DNA of 64,000 nucleotides from Aestuariivirga sp. (GTDB lineage Bacteria; Pseudomonadota; Alphaproteobacteria; Rhizobiales; Aestuariivirgaceae): NCBI GenBank assembly GCA_043744395.1, contig JAYTUV010000055.1, positions 62,247 to 126,246 of the forward strand, read 5' to 3'. Shown piece by piece: positions 62,996 to 64,000 of this stretch (position 1 is its first letter; each line of letters starts with the position of its first letter). The notes under the pieces were generated by a model. It saw only the letters and a program-made list of their open reading frames with translations, ran no database searches and was not told where the DNA came from. The position numbers and the translations under genes were made by a program.

Positions 62996-64000
62996 TCAAT
63001 GCGGCTCCGCCCGAAGTTGAAATTTCAAAAGTCCTGCCAAAGGGGCTGTGGAAATGCTGCCGCGATGCACGGCCAATCAATAAAAGACCCGGCCAAAATT
63101 GATAAACGAGGATTTCAAGATTTTCACCAAATGTGTAGAGTAATATTGTGATGATCATGGCAAGTCCGCCGCGCGCAGTGCGGCTAGATTGTGCTTTCAA
63201 AATCAATTCAACAAAACTTGCCAACATCGGCACGGCCAGAGATGCAAAACCCAAAGCACCTTTTACAAAAAGTAGCCCATACCAAGTGTGATGTGAACCA
63301 ATTGGCATGTATTCAACAATATGTGGCCCACGCTCAACAGCGCCGTGACCAAAGAGCGGCGCCTCATCCTGCCACCGCTGTAAGGCTATTCGTCCAAGCG
63401 TTGCGCGAACTCTACTTGATGCAGCACGCGCCGCAACGAACTTTGCATTGGCAACGTACATAAACTCCATCAACTGTTCAATCAGAAGGCCAGCTGTGGT
63501 TGCTAAAAATCCGCTGGCAAAAAAAATACGAGGGCGGGTTAAACCAGAAAGTGCCGATGTAATAACCGGAACAGCAATTAAGGCAATGAGCGCCAACCTT
63601 GACTGAGACATCCAGCACATGAAAATGCATGATGAGATCCCTGTCATTCTCCATCTGGCAGAACGATCTTGCAATGCTATGACCATGTAGACATTGGCCA
63701 CCAAGCCAGCCGCTGGTGCCCACGGTGAAAAAAAGCTCCAGCGCGCACTTGGTGAATCATAGCTAAATGAATAAAGGTCAACAGAAAAAAATTCCGGCCC
63801 AGGCCCCCCCAGCGTAAAAAGAGGCGAGACATAGAAATGACCGGGGATGTGAATGAGTGGTGCAATTTGAAAGAGTGGAATCAAACATAGGGTCTGAAAA
63901 GCAAGCCGATTGCCAGCCCTCGCCAAAACACGTGGCCTAATGTCCAGTGAGGCGCCAATCATAATGAATGCCGCCATCAGCGCCCAACCCTTGGCCCAAC
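62961..64000 (-). CDS. O-antigen ligase/polymerase (Wzy-like) family membrane protein, probably 5'-truncated by the window edge
   Basis: Polytopic. 'GSHHTWYGLLFVKGALGF' resembles the Wzy_C motif. The reading frame stays open upstream of the first in-window ATG (63977) to position 64000. Confidence 0.6.
   Translation of the reverse strand, partial: WAKGWALMAAFIMIGASLDIRPRVLARAGNRLAFQTLCLIPLFQIAPLIHIPGHFYVSPLFTLGGPGPEFFSVDLYSFSYDSPSARWSFFSPWAPAAGLVANVYMVIALQDRSARWRMTGISSCIFMCWMSQSRLALIALIAVPVITSALSGLTRPRIFFASGFLATTAGLLIEQLMEFMYVANAKFVAARAASSRVRATLGRIALQRWQDEAPLFGHGAVERGPHIVEYMPIGSHHTWYGLLFVKGALGFASLAVPMLASFVELILKAQSSRTARGGLAMIITILLYTFGENLEILVYQFWPGLLLIGRASRQHFHSPFGRTFEISTSGGAALNDQQHINAKSI

Overview
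64-kb chromosomal segment. Gene content and order look proteobacterial, probably alphaproteobacterial (inference only). Coding density is high: about 58 CDS, no rRNA genes, no intact tRNA and no CRISPR array. From left to right: (1) housekeeping genes: glyQ, a CDGSH Fe-S gene, glyS, acuI-like, a dihydroorotase-family gene, ygfZ, tag, sleB-like, ppdK, tsaC, xseB, tlyA, glcB. A palindromic element of about 82-86 bp is scattered among them in three copies. (2) A TetR-centred catabolic cluster with two GMC oxidoreductases, a CoA-transferase, an enoyl-CoA hydratase, an SDR, a DUF993-like TIM-barrel protein and a sugar-phosphate isomerase. (3) A HigB/HigA-type toxin-antitoxin pair. (4) A BMP-family nucleoside-type ABC transporter with two CDA-fold deaminases, xylulokinase and a third GMC oxidoreductase. 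(5) The most unusual part, 41.9-50.3 kb, which looks AT-richer. A membrane protein with RCK-like and RyR-repeat domains sits head-to-head with an operon encoding a membrane-anchored TIR protein, a secreted canonical S1A trypsin and an FHA-TM-trypsin-like protease. That operon is abutted by a convergent Hanks-type Ser/Thr kinase and bounded on the right by a decayed tRNA-like sequence and an internally deleted IS3-family remnant. I do not recognise this gene set as any named defence or signalling system and flag it as the candidate novel system. (6) A hybrid histidine kinase and an NtrC-type sigma-54 activator. (7) A Wzx/Wzy-type polysaccharide cluster driven by two divergent, well-matched sigma-54 (-24/-12) promoters, containing an unusual GT26 plus phosphoglycosyl-transferase fusion. 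All calls come from motif reading of the supplied ORF translations and manual inspection of the DNA. No database search was run.
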